Part shown: piece after piece, positions 26,852 to 37,194 of the stretch
Layout of the letters: each line of letters starts with the position of its first letter
Numbering within the stretch: position 1 is the stretch's first letter
NCBI GenBank assembly: GCA_965207895.1
Contig: CBDBNN010000003.1
Location: 1,027,755-1,091,754 of the forward strand
Direction of reading: 5' to 3'
Source: Dehalococcoidia bacterium
GTDB lineage: Bacteria > Chloroflexota > Dehalococcoidia > UBA6926
DNA: 64,000 bases
The notes under the pieces: generated by a model
Told to the model about the DNA's origin: nothing
The model's input: only the letters and a program-made list of their open reading frames with translations
The model's database searches: none
Made by a program: the position numbers and the translations under genes

Positions 26852-29782
26852 CTACTCGTCGGCGCCGTTCTCTTCGATGGCCGCAGCTGCTTCTCGCGTC
26901 CGCCTGATTCCGCGGCCTGCGGTCTCCGCCGGAGCGTTAGGAATCTCGGCCCCCGCCACGCCCTCTTCGACGAGCCGGTCGCGCAGTCGCGCCGCGCGCG
27001 GATAACCGATTCCCAACCGTCGTTGCAGCAGTGATGTTGAGACCTTGCCGTTATAGATGTCAGCCAGTTCGCGCGCCTGCTCCATGATGTCGTCTTCGCC
27101 TGAGCCGTTGCGCCTGGACCCGTTCCCGTTCATATCGTCTGTGCTGCCATTTCGGCCCCTCGACTGCAGGCCGATGTCCTCCGGTTGAACCAGGTCTGGC
27201 AGCTCCGGTGGCACGTAACCCCTGGATTGGGCGCGCCACGCATCGACAAAGGCGTCCGATTCATGCGATGAGATAAACGCGCTCTGAATGCGGAGAGGGC
27301 GGGAGGCGTCCTGCGGCAGATAGAGCATATCGCCGCGCCCCAACAGCTTTTCTGCGCCAGCTCCGTCCAGGATCGTTCTTGAATCGACCAGCGACGTCAC
27401 CATGAAGCTGATCCGCGTTGGGAAGTTGGCCTTGATGAGGCCCGTGATGACGTTGACGGACGGACGTTGGGTTGCAACGACAAGGTGGATGCCCGTTGCG
27501 CGTCCCATCTGGGCGAGCCGGACGAGGCCGGTTTCCACAGCCTTGCCTGATGTCATCATAAGGTCCGCCAACTCATCAACGATGAGGACCAGATAGGGCA
27601 TGCGCTTGCCCGCGCCGACCTTCTCGTTGTAGGAGGCGATGTCGCGCGCGCCCTGCTCCGCCAGCATTTCAAGTCGGTCCTCCATCTGCTGCATCATCCA
27701 CTGCAGGGCGTTAACGACTTTCTGCGTGTCGACGATGACTGGCGTAATGAGATGGGGAATGCCGTTATAGATAGTCAACTCGACGCGCTTCGGATCAATC
27801 ATCACGAAGCGAAGATCGTCCGGTGTGGCGCGCGAGATGAGGCTTGTAATAAGGCTGTTGATGAAGACGCTCTTTCCGCTGCCCGTTGAACCGGCTACCA
27901 GCAGATGGGGCATACGGGCGAGGTCTGCAACCACCGGCTCGCCGCCACTTCCCTTGCCGAGCGGGAACGACAGCATGCTCTTGCCGTGCGCCTTGCGATA
28001 GGCGTCACTCTCCATCTGCGGGCGCATATAGACCGTCTCCGCCGTTGCGTTCGGCACCTCGACCCCCACCAGGTTCGTTCCCTGGATGGGTTCGATACGC
28101 ACGCTTGCGGCCTTAAGCTGAAGCGCAAGATCGTCATCGAGCTTCGAAATCGCGTCCACCTTGACTCGTGTGCGACCCACTTCCTGGCGCCGTGCCACGA
28201 TCTGGCCGTCCTCGTTCCGCTCCCGCACAGTTCGATAACGCCTGTCCCACCCGGGCCGTACACCGTAGAGCGTGACCGTCGGGCCGGGACGAACCTCAGT
28301 CACCTCAACCTCAATGCCGTACTCCTGTAGGGTTTCCTGGATGGCCTCCGCTGTTTCCATGTGGGATTCGGTGTCGACTTCAGTTGGCGGCTGCTCGTCA
28401 AACAACTTCACGGAGGGGTATTTCCATGCCACTCTAGGCAACCCGGCAAACGGATCAAGGGAGTCCAGAAGCTCCTGGTCGCTGCGGGCCACGGCGGTAA
28501 CCTCTTCCCTCTCGTCCTCCGCCTCCGGGCCCTCTTCTTCCATTAAGTCAATGCCGTCTTCCGCAGTTAAGACCCCGTCTTCCACCAGCGTGATTGAGTC
28601 TTCGCCGGAGTCCCAGTCCACGGCATCGTCGATATTCTCTGCAGACTCATCAATTGGATCTTCAATGAGTGTTTCAATGTGCTTATCAATGTCCCAGGAA
28701 TCTTCCTCATCTTCCGCATCATGATCAGTGAAGGCTAGCGGATCCCTCTGGCCCATCTCATCGACCTCATCCGGATTCATGCCGAATCCTTCACCTTGCA
28801 CGTCAGAATGAGGCGAATGCTCGGCCCTCTGGGCATCGACACTGCTGAGACCGGGCGGTGGGATGAACAGAGGCTTCTCCTCGATTGCCACTGAATTCTC
28901 TTGGTAGGCGAGTTCTTCGATTTCGGCGTCATCCACATGTTTTTTGCTGGGGACGCCTGGCATAACAATGCGGGGACGCTGCTCTTGCGCTGTCTCTCCA
29001 TCCTTGGCCGACTCTATTTCCTGCTGCACACGCTGCTGCTGGTCACGGACAACGCCCACAGGCTCCGGATATCGTGGCCTCACCGCAGCGCGCGCAGGCT
29101 CGGGCACAACGATCCGCGTGCGTGGAATAGGCGACTCATCCAGCTCGGATATCTGCTCATCAGCCGCGTACGTGCGTGCCGCGCGGACCTCTTGTATCCT
29201 GCGTTTCGCGGCTGCGCCGCCGGCGGCAGCCACGTTCGCGCTTGCCATGCCTGCCGTGCGGCTTGCGCGCCCTGATGCTTGCGCAGCCCTGAACGCCCCA
29301 ATTGGTGAAAGAAGAATAAGCGTAGCGAGCGTCAGTCCGGCAAAGATGCCGATCACCTGTAGATCTGTGAAGCCGGTAAGAAAGCCGGAGAAATTGCTTT
29401 CAATGGAGATGCCTTGTATCTCTGTGACCTCGAAATAGTGCAGGGCTGTCAGAGCAGCCCCCGCGCTGAACAGTGTCGCCCCCGCCCAGCGCCAAACCCG
29501 CGCGTTCTTCAGACCGAAGACACGGAGAGCGATATACGTTGCAACAAGGAGCACAGGCGCAACGATGAGCAACGGCCCCGCATACGTCCACGCCGGAGCC
29601 AGCTCGTCGGTCAGTTCTACAGGCTGCCATAAAGCGACCGCGATTGAACCGACGACGATGCCCAACAGCAGAAGGATGCCAAGGATGCGCAGCTTCGAGG
29701 AATCGTGGCCCGCAGCGGCATTCTTGACCTTGGGTGCACTCGTTCGCCTGGGCGTGCGCCGAGTGGCAGTTGACTCAGCCAT
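26852..29782 (-). CDS. ftsK: DNA translocase FtsK/SpoIIIE
   Basis: N-terminal TM domain, long acidic linker, RecA-like motor (GSTGSGKS), C-terminal gamma winged-helix. Confidence 0.9.
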   Translation of the reverse strand: MAESTATRRTPRRTSAPKVKNAAAGHDSSKLRILGILLLLGIVVGSIAVALWQPVELTDELAPAWTYAGPLLIVAPVLLVATYIALRVFGLKNARVWRWAGATLFSAGAALTALHYFEVTEIQGISIESNFSGFLTGFTDLQVIGIFAGLTLATLILLSPIGAFRAAQASGRASRTAGMASANVAAAGGAAAKRRIQEVRAARTYAADEQISELDESPIPRTRIVVPEPARAAVRPRYPEPVGVVRDQQQRVQQEIESAKDGETAQEQRPRIVMPGVPSKKHVDDAEIEELAYQENSVAIEEKPLFIPPPGLSSVDAQRAEHSPHSDVQGEGFGMNPDEVDEMGQRDPLAFTDHDAEDEEDSWDIDKHIETLIEDPIDESAENIDDAVDWDSGEDSITLVEDGVLTAEDGIDLMEEEGPEAEDEREEVTAVARSDQELLDSLDPFAGLPRVAWKYPSVKLFDEQPPTEVDTESHMETAEAIQETLQEYGIEVEVTEVRPGPTVTLYGVRPGWDRRYRTVRERNEDGQIVARRQEVGRTRVKVDAISKLDDDLALQLKAASVRIEPIQGTNLVGVEVPNATAETVYMRPQMESDAYRKAHGKSMLSFPLGKGSGGEPVVADLARMPHLLVAGSTGSGKSVFINSLITSLISRATPDDLRFVMIDPKRVELTIYNGIPHLITPVIVDTQKVVNALQWMMQQMEDRLEMLAEQGARDIASYNEKVGAGKRMPYLVLIVDELADLMMTSGKAVETGLVRLAQMGRATGIHLVVATQRPSVNVITGLIKANFPTRISFMVTSLVDSRTILDGAGAEKLLGRGDMLYLPQDASRPLRIQSAFISSHESDAFVDAWRAQSRGYVPPELPDLVQPEDIGLQSRGRNGSTDDMNGNGSRRNGSGEDDIMEQARELADIYNGKVSTSLLQRRLGIGYPRAARLRDRLVEEGVAGAEIPNAPAETAGRGIRRTREAAAAIEENGADE

Positions 29783-29839
29783 AGCGGCATTATTTTAGAC
29801 CAATTTCAAAACCACGTCCAATCAACGCGCCCATCCGTG

Positions 29840-30000
29840 GCCATGAACCCGCTCTCCCTGAGCCTGTCGAAGGGCGAGCGCCGCGCCCTCCGTCATTTCC
29901 CGCGCAGGCGCGGCGAACGCCGCCTACAGGCAGCCACTCATGTCATTCCGAGCGGAGCGCAGCGGAGTCGAGGAATCCAAAATCTCAATTCTGCCATCCA
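29840..30000. repeat. Composite intergenic repeat (modules B+A-variant+C)
   Basis: ctccctgagcctgtcgaagggcgag ... gtcattccgagcggagcgcagcggagtcgaggaatccaaaatctc. Confidence 0.8.
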
Positions 30001-30022
30001 ACCTTGTAACGCCAATCCACGC

Positions 30023-30928
30023 TCAGGACGAACAGGGGTGGTCGTGAGAAAACGCCTCCTCAAGGATCGCCCGGGCCTGCTCTGAGGTATCGGGCCGTGA
30101 AAGCGCGAATGACGCAGCCGCCCGCAGATGTCCCAGCGGATTTCCTGCGTCATAGCGCACCCCGTCAAAGGCGAATGCGAATGTTGGGACTCCCTCCCGA
30201 CGCAGAATCTCCATCGCGTCTGTAATCTGGATCTCATCCTTCGCGCCGGGCGGCGTCCGTCGTATCGCGTCAAAGATTGTCCCCGGAAAGATATAGCGCC
30301 CAACGATGCCAAGATCAGAGGGTGCGTCCGCCGGATCCGGCTTCTCAACCATGCCCGTCACCCGATATACCCGCTCATCATCCCCGTCCGCCGGTTCAAC
30401 GGCGACCACGCCATACGCCGAGATGGCGTCCCCCGGCACTCGCTCAACCCCCACATGAATACCGGGATGATTGTCATATGCGGCCAGCATCTGCGCGAGG
30501 ACCGGCGTCTCCGCATCGACAATATCGTCAGGCAGGATCACGGCAAACGGCTCATCTCCCACGGCATCCGCAGCCTGCAGGATGGCGTGGCCGAGGCCAA
30601 GCGGCTCGTTCTGGTGAACGATCGTCACTGACAGCGAGTCCATAAGGCGTTGGACATCCGGCGCGCTGGAGTGCTCTCCCAGCGCTCTGGCCAACGCCTC
30701 GCCCCGCAGCGTCACATAGCTCTCCATCACTGCCTTGCCCGGAGCGCTGATCAGCACAATCTCCGTGAGCCCTGAGTTCGCCGCCTCCTCAAGCGCGTAG
30801 AACAGCATCGGACGGTCGAAGATCGGCAGGATCTCCTTGGGGATGGCGAGAGTCGCCGGCAGGAAGCGGGTTCCTCGGCCTCCAGCCACGATGACAGCCT
30901 TGCTGATCGCGCCTTGTCGTTCGCTCAC
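30023..30928 (-). CDS. galU: UTP--glucose-1-phosphate uridylyltransferase
   Basis: AVIVAGGRGTRFLPATLAIPKE nucleotidyltransferase motif. Confidence 0.85.
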   Translation of the reverse strand: MSERQGAISKAVIVAGGRGTRFLPATLAIPKEILPIFDRPMLFYALEEAANSGLTEIVLISAPGKAVMESYVTLRGEALARALGEHSSAPDVQRLMDSLSVTIVHQNEPLGLGHAILQAADAVGDEPFAVILPDDIVDAETPVLAQMLAAYDNHPGIHVGVERVPGDAISAYGVVAVEPADGDDERVYRVTGMVEKPDPADAPSDLGIVGRYIFPGTIFDAIRRTPPGAKDEIQITDAMEILRREGVPTFAFAFDGVRYDAGNPLGHLRAAASFALSRPDTSEQARAILEEAFSHDHPCSS

Positions 30929-30952
30929 TCACCCTCCCCCGAGTTCACAGAT

Positions 30953-30990
30953 ATAAAACAAAGGGGGCTCAGCCGAAGCCGAGCCCCCTT
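30953..30990 (-). terminator. Rho-independent terminator downstream of nhaA
   Basis: Perfect 13-bp stem aagggggctcagc/gctgagccccctt followed on the minus strand by TGTTTTATAT. Confidence 0.55.
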
Positions 30991-31162
30991 CTCCCAGTCG
31001 CCAAGGTCAACGTCATGGCGCCTGGCGCTGGGTTAGCCTTTGCTCACCTCGTCCGTTGAAATAAGCTCTGGCTGTCTAGGTAAAGACATGCGCCAAACCA
31101 CCTCCTTCCTTCTCAAGATGACCTAAGTATATATCACGTCTTTCCTGCCGGTCAGTCGCAGA

Positions 31163-31200
31163 ATGTTCTCCGCTCACCCTGAGCTTGTCGAAGGGTGGTT
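31163..31200. repeat. Solo repeat module B
   Basis: ctccgctcaccctgagcttgtcgaagggtgg. Confidence 0.7.
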
Positions 31201-32547
31201 GGCGGAATGCCCACCACCTGTGAAGCGCAGAAGCGCATATCCGATAACGGCCGCTGCGACCGACGCCACGAATATACCCATCTTTGCCTGATCGACTAGG
31301 GCCGGGTCATCAAAGGCGATGCCGGAAATGAAGATCGCCACCGTGAATCCGATGCCTGCCAGGAATCCCACGCCCAACACGTGCATCCTCGTCATCGATG
31401 CAGGCAGTTGACCGATGCCGAAACGAATGGCAAGCCACGTGATGCCAAAGATGCCTAGTGCCTTGCCTGCTAACAGCCCTGCCGCGATGCCGATGGTGAT
31501 ACTGCTCCCGGCCGCATCGGACAGTGTATCCCCCGTGATCGTGATCCCCGCATTCGCCAGCGCGAACAGCGGCAGAATGGCGAGGCTCACCCACGGATGA
31601 ATCATGTGCTCCAGGCTCTCCAGCGGCGACTCTGTACTACGGCTGAGCTTCTCGATTTCCTCGAGGACGATTTCCGCGTGCTCCTCGTCGCCATTGGACA
31701 TCGCAAGGCGATAGTCGTGCAGGAGATCGTCCAGCACAGCAGCGTAGTCATCGCGGCTCCGCGCCGATCCGGCAGGGACAACCGCCGCTAGAAGCACACC
31801 TGCTAAAGTCGCGTGCACTCCGGATTCCAGGAAGAAATACCACATAAGGAAGCCCGCGACGATGTAGAAGACCATGGAACGAATCCCGAAACGGACGCTC
31901 ACCGCCACGGCCCCGAGAATAGCCAGCGAAATCCAAAGACTCGACCACTCGATTGTGTCCGTATAGAACAGGGCAATGACTGTGATTGCGCCCAGATCGT
32001 CCACCACCGCCAACCCCAGCAGAAAGACCCGTAGCTCCACCGGAATCCGTCGACCCAACAGCGCCAGTACACCGATCGCGAACGCGATGTCCGTCGCCAT
32101 GGGTATGCCCCAGCCAACAGCCGCGTCGCCCGAGGGGTTGAACACTAGATAGGTGAGCGCGGGCACAACCATGCCGCCAACTGCGGCGAGCACGGGCAGT
32201 GACGCTTTCCTGACGCTGGACAATTCCCCGTGCAGGAGTTCCCGTTTGATCTCCAGGCCCACCACAAAGAAGAAGATGGCCATTAGGCCATCGTTGACGA
32301 GGTGCCCCAGATCTTCGTGGATTGAGATGATAGGAATCTCGATCGTGATATAGGTGTGCCAAAAATCGAAATACGAATCCGACCACGGTGAGTTGGCCCA
32401 TATAATGGCAGCCGCGGCGGCTGCCAACAGGATGAGCGCTCCCACCTCTTCCGTGTGGATAAAGCTCTGCACGTGTCCGCGCAGCCCGCTGACGCGATAC
32501 GGCAGATTGGTCGCCGATTCCTGAGTTTCGTCCTGTCTGTCGTTCAC
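31174..32547 (-). CDS. nhaA: Na+/H+ antiporter NhaA
   Basis: NhaA hallmarks IWANSPW and FFFVVGLEIKRE. GTG start with GGAG RBS chosen inside the longer track ORF. Confidence 0.8.
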   Translation of the reverse strand: MNDRQDETQESATNLPYRVSGLRGHVQSFIHTEEVGALILLAAAAAAIIWANSPWSDSYFDFWHTYITIEIPIISIHEDLGHLVNDGLMAIFFFVVGLEIKRELLHGELSSVRKASLPVLAAVGGMVVPALTYLVFNPSGDAAVGWGIPMATDIAFAIGVLALLGRRIPVELRVFLLGLAVVDDLGAITVIALFYTDTIEWSSLWISLAILGAVAVSVRFGIRSMVFYIVAGFLMWYFFLESGVHATLAGVLLAAVVPAGSARSRDDYAAVLDDLLHDYRLAMSNGDEEHAEIVLEEIEKLSRSTESPLESLEHMIHPWVSLAILPLFALANAGITITGDTLSDAAGSSITIGIAAGLLAGKALGIFGITWLAIRFGIGQLPASMTRMHVLGVGFLAGIGFTVAIFISGIAFDDPALVDQAKMGIFVASVAAAVIGYALLRFTGGGHSANHPSTSSG

Positions 32548-32632
32548 CTGTCTCCGCCGTTTGGGTATAGATTTCCGATGCCCTACTATAGTGCCACCTG
32601 CCGGATGAAAGATGAGGGCACGCTCAACGGAA

Positions 32633-33067
32633 ATGGCGAACTCAAATCGGATCGACAATTCTCCCAGAGCACGGTGCATCGCGTCAGTGCTGATTAGGGA
32701 CGATGCGGTCTTGCTCGTGAAGAGGCTTCCACAGCGGAAGGTCTATCCCAATCTGTGGGACCTGCCCGGAGGGCACATCGAAGGTGACGAAACGCCTGAA
32801 CAGGCGCTGCGTCGGGAGGCTCAAGAGGAACTCGGCATTGATGTTGAGCAATACCGGGAGTTGGGGACAGTCCTCGATCCCGTCGAACCGGCCGACATCA
32901 TCGTATTCGCCGTCACCGCCTGGTTCGGCGAACCCACCAACGCCGCCCTGGATGAGCACAGCGAGATCGGCTGGTTTGCAGAGGACAACCTCCCCGAATC
33001 CGCCGCCCTCGACTGTTACCGCAAAGAAGTCATCGAAACAATGACCGCCGCCCGCAGGACGACTTAA
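32633..33067 (+). CDS. NUDIX hydrolase
   Basis: Nudix box GGHIEGDETPEQALRREAQEELGI. Confidence 0.8.
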   Translation: MANSNRIDNSPRARCIASVLIRDDAVLLVKRLPQRKVYPNLWDLPGGHIEGDETPEQALRREAQEELGIDVEQYRELGTVLDPVEPADIIVFAVTAWFGEPTNAALDEHSEIGWFAEDNLPESAALDCYRKEVIETMTAARRTT

Positions 33068-33435
33068 GATCCCCCCTCCCTGAGGGAGAGGGTTAGGGTG
33101 AGGGGGTGTCTCTCCCTCGTCATTCCGAGCGCAGTCGAGGAATCCAAAGACTCATCTGACAAGCATGCTGGAACGCGGCAAGCCTGTTTCTTCTTCAGAC
33201 AAGGCAAGACCGCGAACTTAAGCCGTAGCGCAGCTACCCGTTCGCCCTGAGCGTAGTCGAAGAGGGCTCCCGAACGGGGACTTGGCCCACCGTCATTCCC
33301 TCGAAAGCATGTCCCGTGCTCCGATACGGGGCGGGAATCCAGTGCCGCCCACGGGGCGGCCTCGAAATCCCCTCTCCTTCAGGGAGAGGGTTAGGGTGAG
33401 GGGGTGCCCCCCCGCATGCCTTCGCTGAGACGGCT
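33068..33435. repeat. Large composite repeat cluster (modules D, C, B, A-variant, D)
   Basis: cccctccctgagggagagggttagggtgaggggg occurs twice, plus gtcattccgagcgcagtcgaggaatc, gttcgccctgagcgtagtcgaagagggctcccgaacgggga, and gtcattccctcgaaagcatgtcccgtgctccgatacggggcgggaatccagtgccgccc. Confidence 0.85.
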
Positions 33436-33471
33436 GGGATTCTCCCGACGGCAGAGTTGCTATCATGCGGG

Positions 33472-34452
33472 ATGTCCCTTTCCACAGTCATTCCGTTTCA
33501 ACGTCCCCGACCAAGTCTGGAGATGTTGATCTGGTCGGCGACAATACTGCTGCTGCTGACAGGCTCTCTGCTCCCGCAAGCCAACACCGACATGCTGAGA
33601 GACGTAGGTCGCGGCCTGCTATCCTTGCTGCCGGTGGTTGTGGTCGCTGCGCTTCTCGCAGGGGCGCTGACAGCTGGCCGGTGGGCAGACCGGGCATTGG
33701 CATGGCTCAAGGGCGGATCCGTACGGACAGTGGTCATCGCAAGCTTCGTCGGGGCCGTTACGCCGGTCTGCGGCCTCGCAGTGCTGCCCCTGATTGTCAC
33801 CCTCTTGCGTCGCGGCATCACAATCCCTCCGGTCATGGCGTTCTGGCTGGCCTCCCCGGTGACCGATCCAAGCATGTTCCTCGTTACCGCCGGCATCATC
33901 AGCGTGCCCTTTGCCATTGCAAAGACTGTGAGCGCCTTTGCCATCGGCTTGCTCGCGGGCGGGGTGACCGCGATGCTGCCGGCCTACCGAGGCGCTGGTC
34001 ATGAGCTGATGCGCCCTGAAGTTCTGGCACAGTACGAATGCGAAGAAGAAGACGCCCGATTCTGGCCTGCCGTCTGGGGCAGTGCCCGACCGATCATCCA
34101 ATGGTTGGCGCTAGCGTTGGTGCTGGAGGTCTTCCTTGAGCGACTGGTACCTGATGCATGGATCATGTCGCTTTTCGGCAGCGAGGCCGGCGCATCGGTT
34201 CCATTTGCCGTTCTCGTGGGTGCGCCCATGTATCTCGACGGCTATGCGGCCCTGCCCTTGGTGAGAGGGTTGATGGATATGGGCATGGGTTTTGGCTCCG
34301 CCCTGGCGCTCATGATCTCAGGCGCGGCGGTCAGCTTCTATGCCGCTGCGGCGGTTGTTTCCATTGTTCGTCCTCGGGTCTTCGCACTGTACGTCTTGCT
34401 CGCCCTCACCGGCGCCTGCCTCGCCGGCTATCTGGCCAACTGGCTCCTGTAG
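33472..34452 (+). CDS. Predicted permease (DUF318/ArsP_1-like family)
   Basis: 8-TM protein with a TPVCG motif. Start uncertain (TTG 33457, ATG 33472 or ATG 33523). Confidence 0.55.
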   Translation: MSLSTVIPFQRPRPSLEMLIWSATILLLLTGSLLPQANTDMLRDVGRGLLSLLPVVVVAALLAGALTAGRWADRALAWLKGGSVRTVVIASFVGAVTPVCGLAVLPLIVTLLRRGITIPPVMAFWLASPVTDPSMFLVTAGIISVPFAIAKTVSAFAIGLLAGGVTAMLPAYRGAGHELMRPEVLAQYECEEEDARFWPAVWGSARPIIQWLALALVLEVFLERLVPDAWIMSLFGSEAGASVPFAVLVGAPMYLDGYAALPLVRGLMDMGMGFGSALALMISGAAVSFYAAAAVVSIVRPRVFALYVLLALTGACLAGYLANWLL

Positions 34453-34482
34453 GGACGCAGCGGCACGCCTAAGGAGGCTTGC

Positions 34483-35844
34483 CTACTCCGCGCGAGACCC
34501 CATCAAGGCAGCAACCCTGGTCGCCGCGCTGTGACCACTGGAGAGAGCGCCGTTCACCGACGGCACACTCATGTAATCTCCCGCCAAAAACAGTTTGTCG
34601 ATCCGACCCGCCAGCTGCCCCGGAATCTCCGCCATCGCCGCCAGCATCCCCGGCTCCCCCATGCACAGCGCCTCTTCCCAGCGGTACACGCGGAAGAACA
34701 GCCCCTCATCATCGCCGGGCAGGGCGGAACCTTGCGGCGCTTTCTCGCGAGCCGCCCCCAGCATCTTTAGCTTGATCTCATCGTCGTCAAGCGGAATCAA
34801 CTCCTTGGCCCGCTCCCTCCCGATGAGCAGGTCGAGAATGCTCTTCCCCTGCGGCGCGCAGTCGGGCAGGAATGCAGTCCGATTCAGCAGAAGAGGCGTG
34901 TCGTCGTCCTCCGGAAACAGCGCCCCATGCCACCCGGCGGGCAGCGGGGCCTGATCCAGCCCGATTACCACCCGGCACCCCGTTGAATAGTTGATCGTGC
35001 TGAGCGCGCGATGAGTCTCCGCCGGCAGGTCGGGAATGAGCCTTGACACCTTCGTGCCCGGCACAGCGCTGATCACCGCGTCCGCCTCGATCGTCTCGCC
35101 GTCCACAACAACACCGGTCGCCTTTCCGTCCGTAACAACAATCCTCTCAACAGGCGTTGAAACCTGGATCGCATCGGAACAGAAATCACCAAGAGCCGTG
35201 CTAAACGACCCAATGCCCCGTTCCGGCATATAGACCTGGCCGTTGCTCAGCATCGTTTCACCGATATACGCCCGCATCAGCGCCTGTCCCGCGGGCAGCG
35301 GATCACCCAACACCATCTCCAGTGGTCCCCGCAGCGACAGCGCCAGCTTGTCCGGCACCCGCATCCGCTCCAGATACTCGCCGAAACTCTCGTCATCGTC
35401 GATCTCGGCGATGGGGCTGTCGCTGGCGAAACTCATGTAATCCGCCTGCTGACGAATCTCCCGCATCACCTTCATACCGGCTTGCATGCCCGACGGCGAC
35501 AGGAAGCCCATCGCGGCCGCCGTGCGCAGGTGTCTCAAAAAATTCCAAAGCGACTGGTCCGGCGTCGTTGTAACCCATCGCCCGCCCCGATAGTGCCCGA
35601 ACTTCATCTGCGAGGGCGCCAGCGGCAGACCCAGCTCCTCGCAGATGCGGAACGCTGTGTCGTAAGTGGACGTGAACACGAACGCGCCCATGTCTACGGA
35701 GAACCCGTCCACCCGCTCCCCGCTCCCGCGTCCGCCCACGTGATCCTCGGCCTCAAGCAGGAGGGGAGTGATCCCACGCTTCATCAGCGTGTAAGCCGCG
35801 CTCAGCCCGGCAAATCCACCGCCGACAATGATCACTCTTTCCAT
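34483..35844 (-). CDS. FAD-dependent oxidoreductase (amine oxidase/protoporphyrinogen oxidase-like)
   Basis: N-terminal Rossmann motif VIIVGGGFAGLSAAY...EAEDHVGGR. Confidence 0.8.
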   Translation of the reverse strand: MERVIIVGGGFAGLSAAYTLMKRGITPLLLEAEDHVGGRGSGERVDGFSVDMGAFVFTSTYDTAFRICEELGLPLAPSQMKFGHYRGGRWVTTTPDQSLWNFLRHLRTAAAMGFLSPSGMQAGMKVMREIRQQADYMSFASDSPIAEIDDDESFGEYLERMRVPDKLALSLRGPLEMVLGDPLPAGQALMRAYIGETMLSNGQVYMPERGIGSFSTALGDFCSDAIQVSTPVERIVVTDGKATGVVVDGETIEADAVISAVPGTKVSRLIPDLPAETHRALSTINYSTGCRVVIGLDQAPLPAGWHGALFPEDDDTPLLLNRTAFLPDCAPQGKSILDLLIGRERAKELIPLDDDEIKLKMLGAAREKAPQGSALPGDDEGLFFRVYRWEEALCMGEPGMLAAMAEIPGQLAGRIDKLFLAGDYMSVPSVNGALSSGHSAATRVAALMGSRAE

Positions 35845-36440
35845 TCGAGCACCATTCGCCGCTGTGCCTCCGTCTCCGGAGACCTCGCCCAGGTGTTCAG
35901 GAGTCCCTTTCTCAATTTCCGAATCTCATCCAGCGCCTGCTCGCCCGTCATGCCATGACGCACCAGGTAGCACCCGACCACCGACCCCGTCCGCCCTATC
36001 CCACGCATACAGTGGACATAGGCAGTGCCTCCGGACTCAAGAACCCGGTCAATCTCATTGAGGACGTCTGCCATCTGATTCCCGGTAGCAGGCGTCTGGT
36101 CCTTCACGGGCACCCGCCGATACTCCACCGACGCGCCCAGCTTCTTGGCCTCCTCACGCAGAAGGCCTTCGTAAGACGGCAGCTCCCCCTCTTCCGTCAG
36201 ATCAAGGAACAGGGTGGTGCCTGCTTCGATCAACGAGCGGATCTTTCGCCGATTGCCCTTGAGACCCCCGCGACCTTTAAACACGAACGCAAGAACGGCG
36301 TCCATGATTGTTCGGACGGTCCGCTTCGGACTGCGGACGACTATCAGAGGGCCTGGGTACTCGCCCACAAGCAGCCGCTGCGGGACTACCCAATAGGAAT
36401 ATGGAGTGGGCCTTGGAGGCATGATACTTTCGTCTCTCAT
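35832..36440 (-). CDS. Protein-tyrosine/dual-specificity phosphatase
   Basis: CX5R P-loop HCMRGIGRTG. Overlaps the downstream oxidoreductase by 13 nt. Start could alternatively be ATG 36422. Confidence 0.75.
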   Translation of the reverse strand: MRDESIMPPRPTPYSYWVVPQRLLVGEYPGPLIVVRSPKRTVRTIMDAVLAFVFKGRGGLKGNRRKIRSLIEAGTTLFLDLTEEGELPSYEGLLREEAKKLGASVEYRRVPVKDQTPATGNQMADVLNEIDRVLESGGTAYVHCMRGIGRTGSVVGCYLVRHGMTGEQALDEIRKLRKGLLNTWARSPETEAQRRMVLEWKE

Positions 36441-36444
36441 ACAA

Positions 36445-37053
36445 CTATTCCCGCGCCATTGAACCTTGATACTCCAGTTTCGGCTCCCAGTCGTCCACGC
36501 CATCCGCCAGCAGATCGAACAGGTGCCAGACGCCGCAGTACAGGTCCCCCGCACCGAAGAAATCCTTCGCGATCCGGTCGATCGTTCCGTCTGCGTTCTT
36601 GCGAAAAGTAGACATCCCCGGCATCGCGTTGGAGTTGTATGACACCCCGTCCGACTCGAACCCCATGTCCTTAATGAACGAGGTGCCCTCAGACGAGTAC
36701 ATCTCGAACGTCCACCCCCGCTTCTCCCGCACCGCCTGCTGCACGTCCACGCTGTTGGGCGATACCACCACGAACGCCGCCCGGTCCCGCAGGTGCTCTA
36801 GCACGCCGTTGAACCCATCGGCCCACATCGTGCAGTACGGGCACTCCGACCCCATGTTGTGGATTAGGATGAGGTCCTGCTTGTCGCCGAACATCTCGGA
36901 CAGCCTCACGACGCCCTCGCGTCCCTGCAGCTCGTAGTCCTCCACCCGCTCCGGCCCGATCCGACGACTCAGCTCGACCATCTTCCGCTTGGCCTCTTCC
37001 AGGTTTGCCCACGCCTCCGCGTACTCCGCCTGCAAGTCCTCTGTAGTGGTCAT
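36445..37053 (-). CDS. DUF899 thioredoxin-like protein
   Basis: GSECPYCTMWADGFNG motif typical of the DUF899 family. Confidence 0.75.
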   Translation of the reverse strand: MTTTEDLQAEYAEAWANLEEAKRKMVELSRRIGPERVEDYELQGREGVVRLSEMFGDKQDLILIHNMGSECPYCTMWADGFNGVLEHLRDRAAFVVVSPNSVDVQQAVREKRGWTFEMYSSEGTSFIKDMGFESDGVSYNSNAMPGMSTFRKNADGTIDRIAKDFFGAGDLYCGVWHLFDLLADGVDDWEPKLEYQGSMARE

Positions 37054-37194
37054 TGAACGTCCTCCCAATGACTACATTACCCAATCAGGTCACTTTAATA
37101 TTGCAATTCCACAACTTTGGTATCAGGATGCAGGGTGCGAGAGGTTGAACCCGGATGGCTCCTTACCATCACAACACATAAAGGAGATTCGACG

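Noticed and set aside
31174-32679. Long N-terminal extensions of nhaA (to 32679), rsmA (to 45928), alpha/beta hydrolase (to 39196), MFS (from 42440), hypothetical 47081..47515 and ccmE (to 16272)
   Set aside because: The extensions lack RBS, run into repeat or intergenic sequence, and precede internal start codons that have good Shine-Dalgarno sequences and family-typical N-termini.
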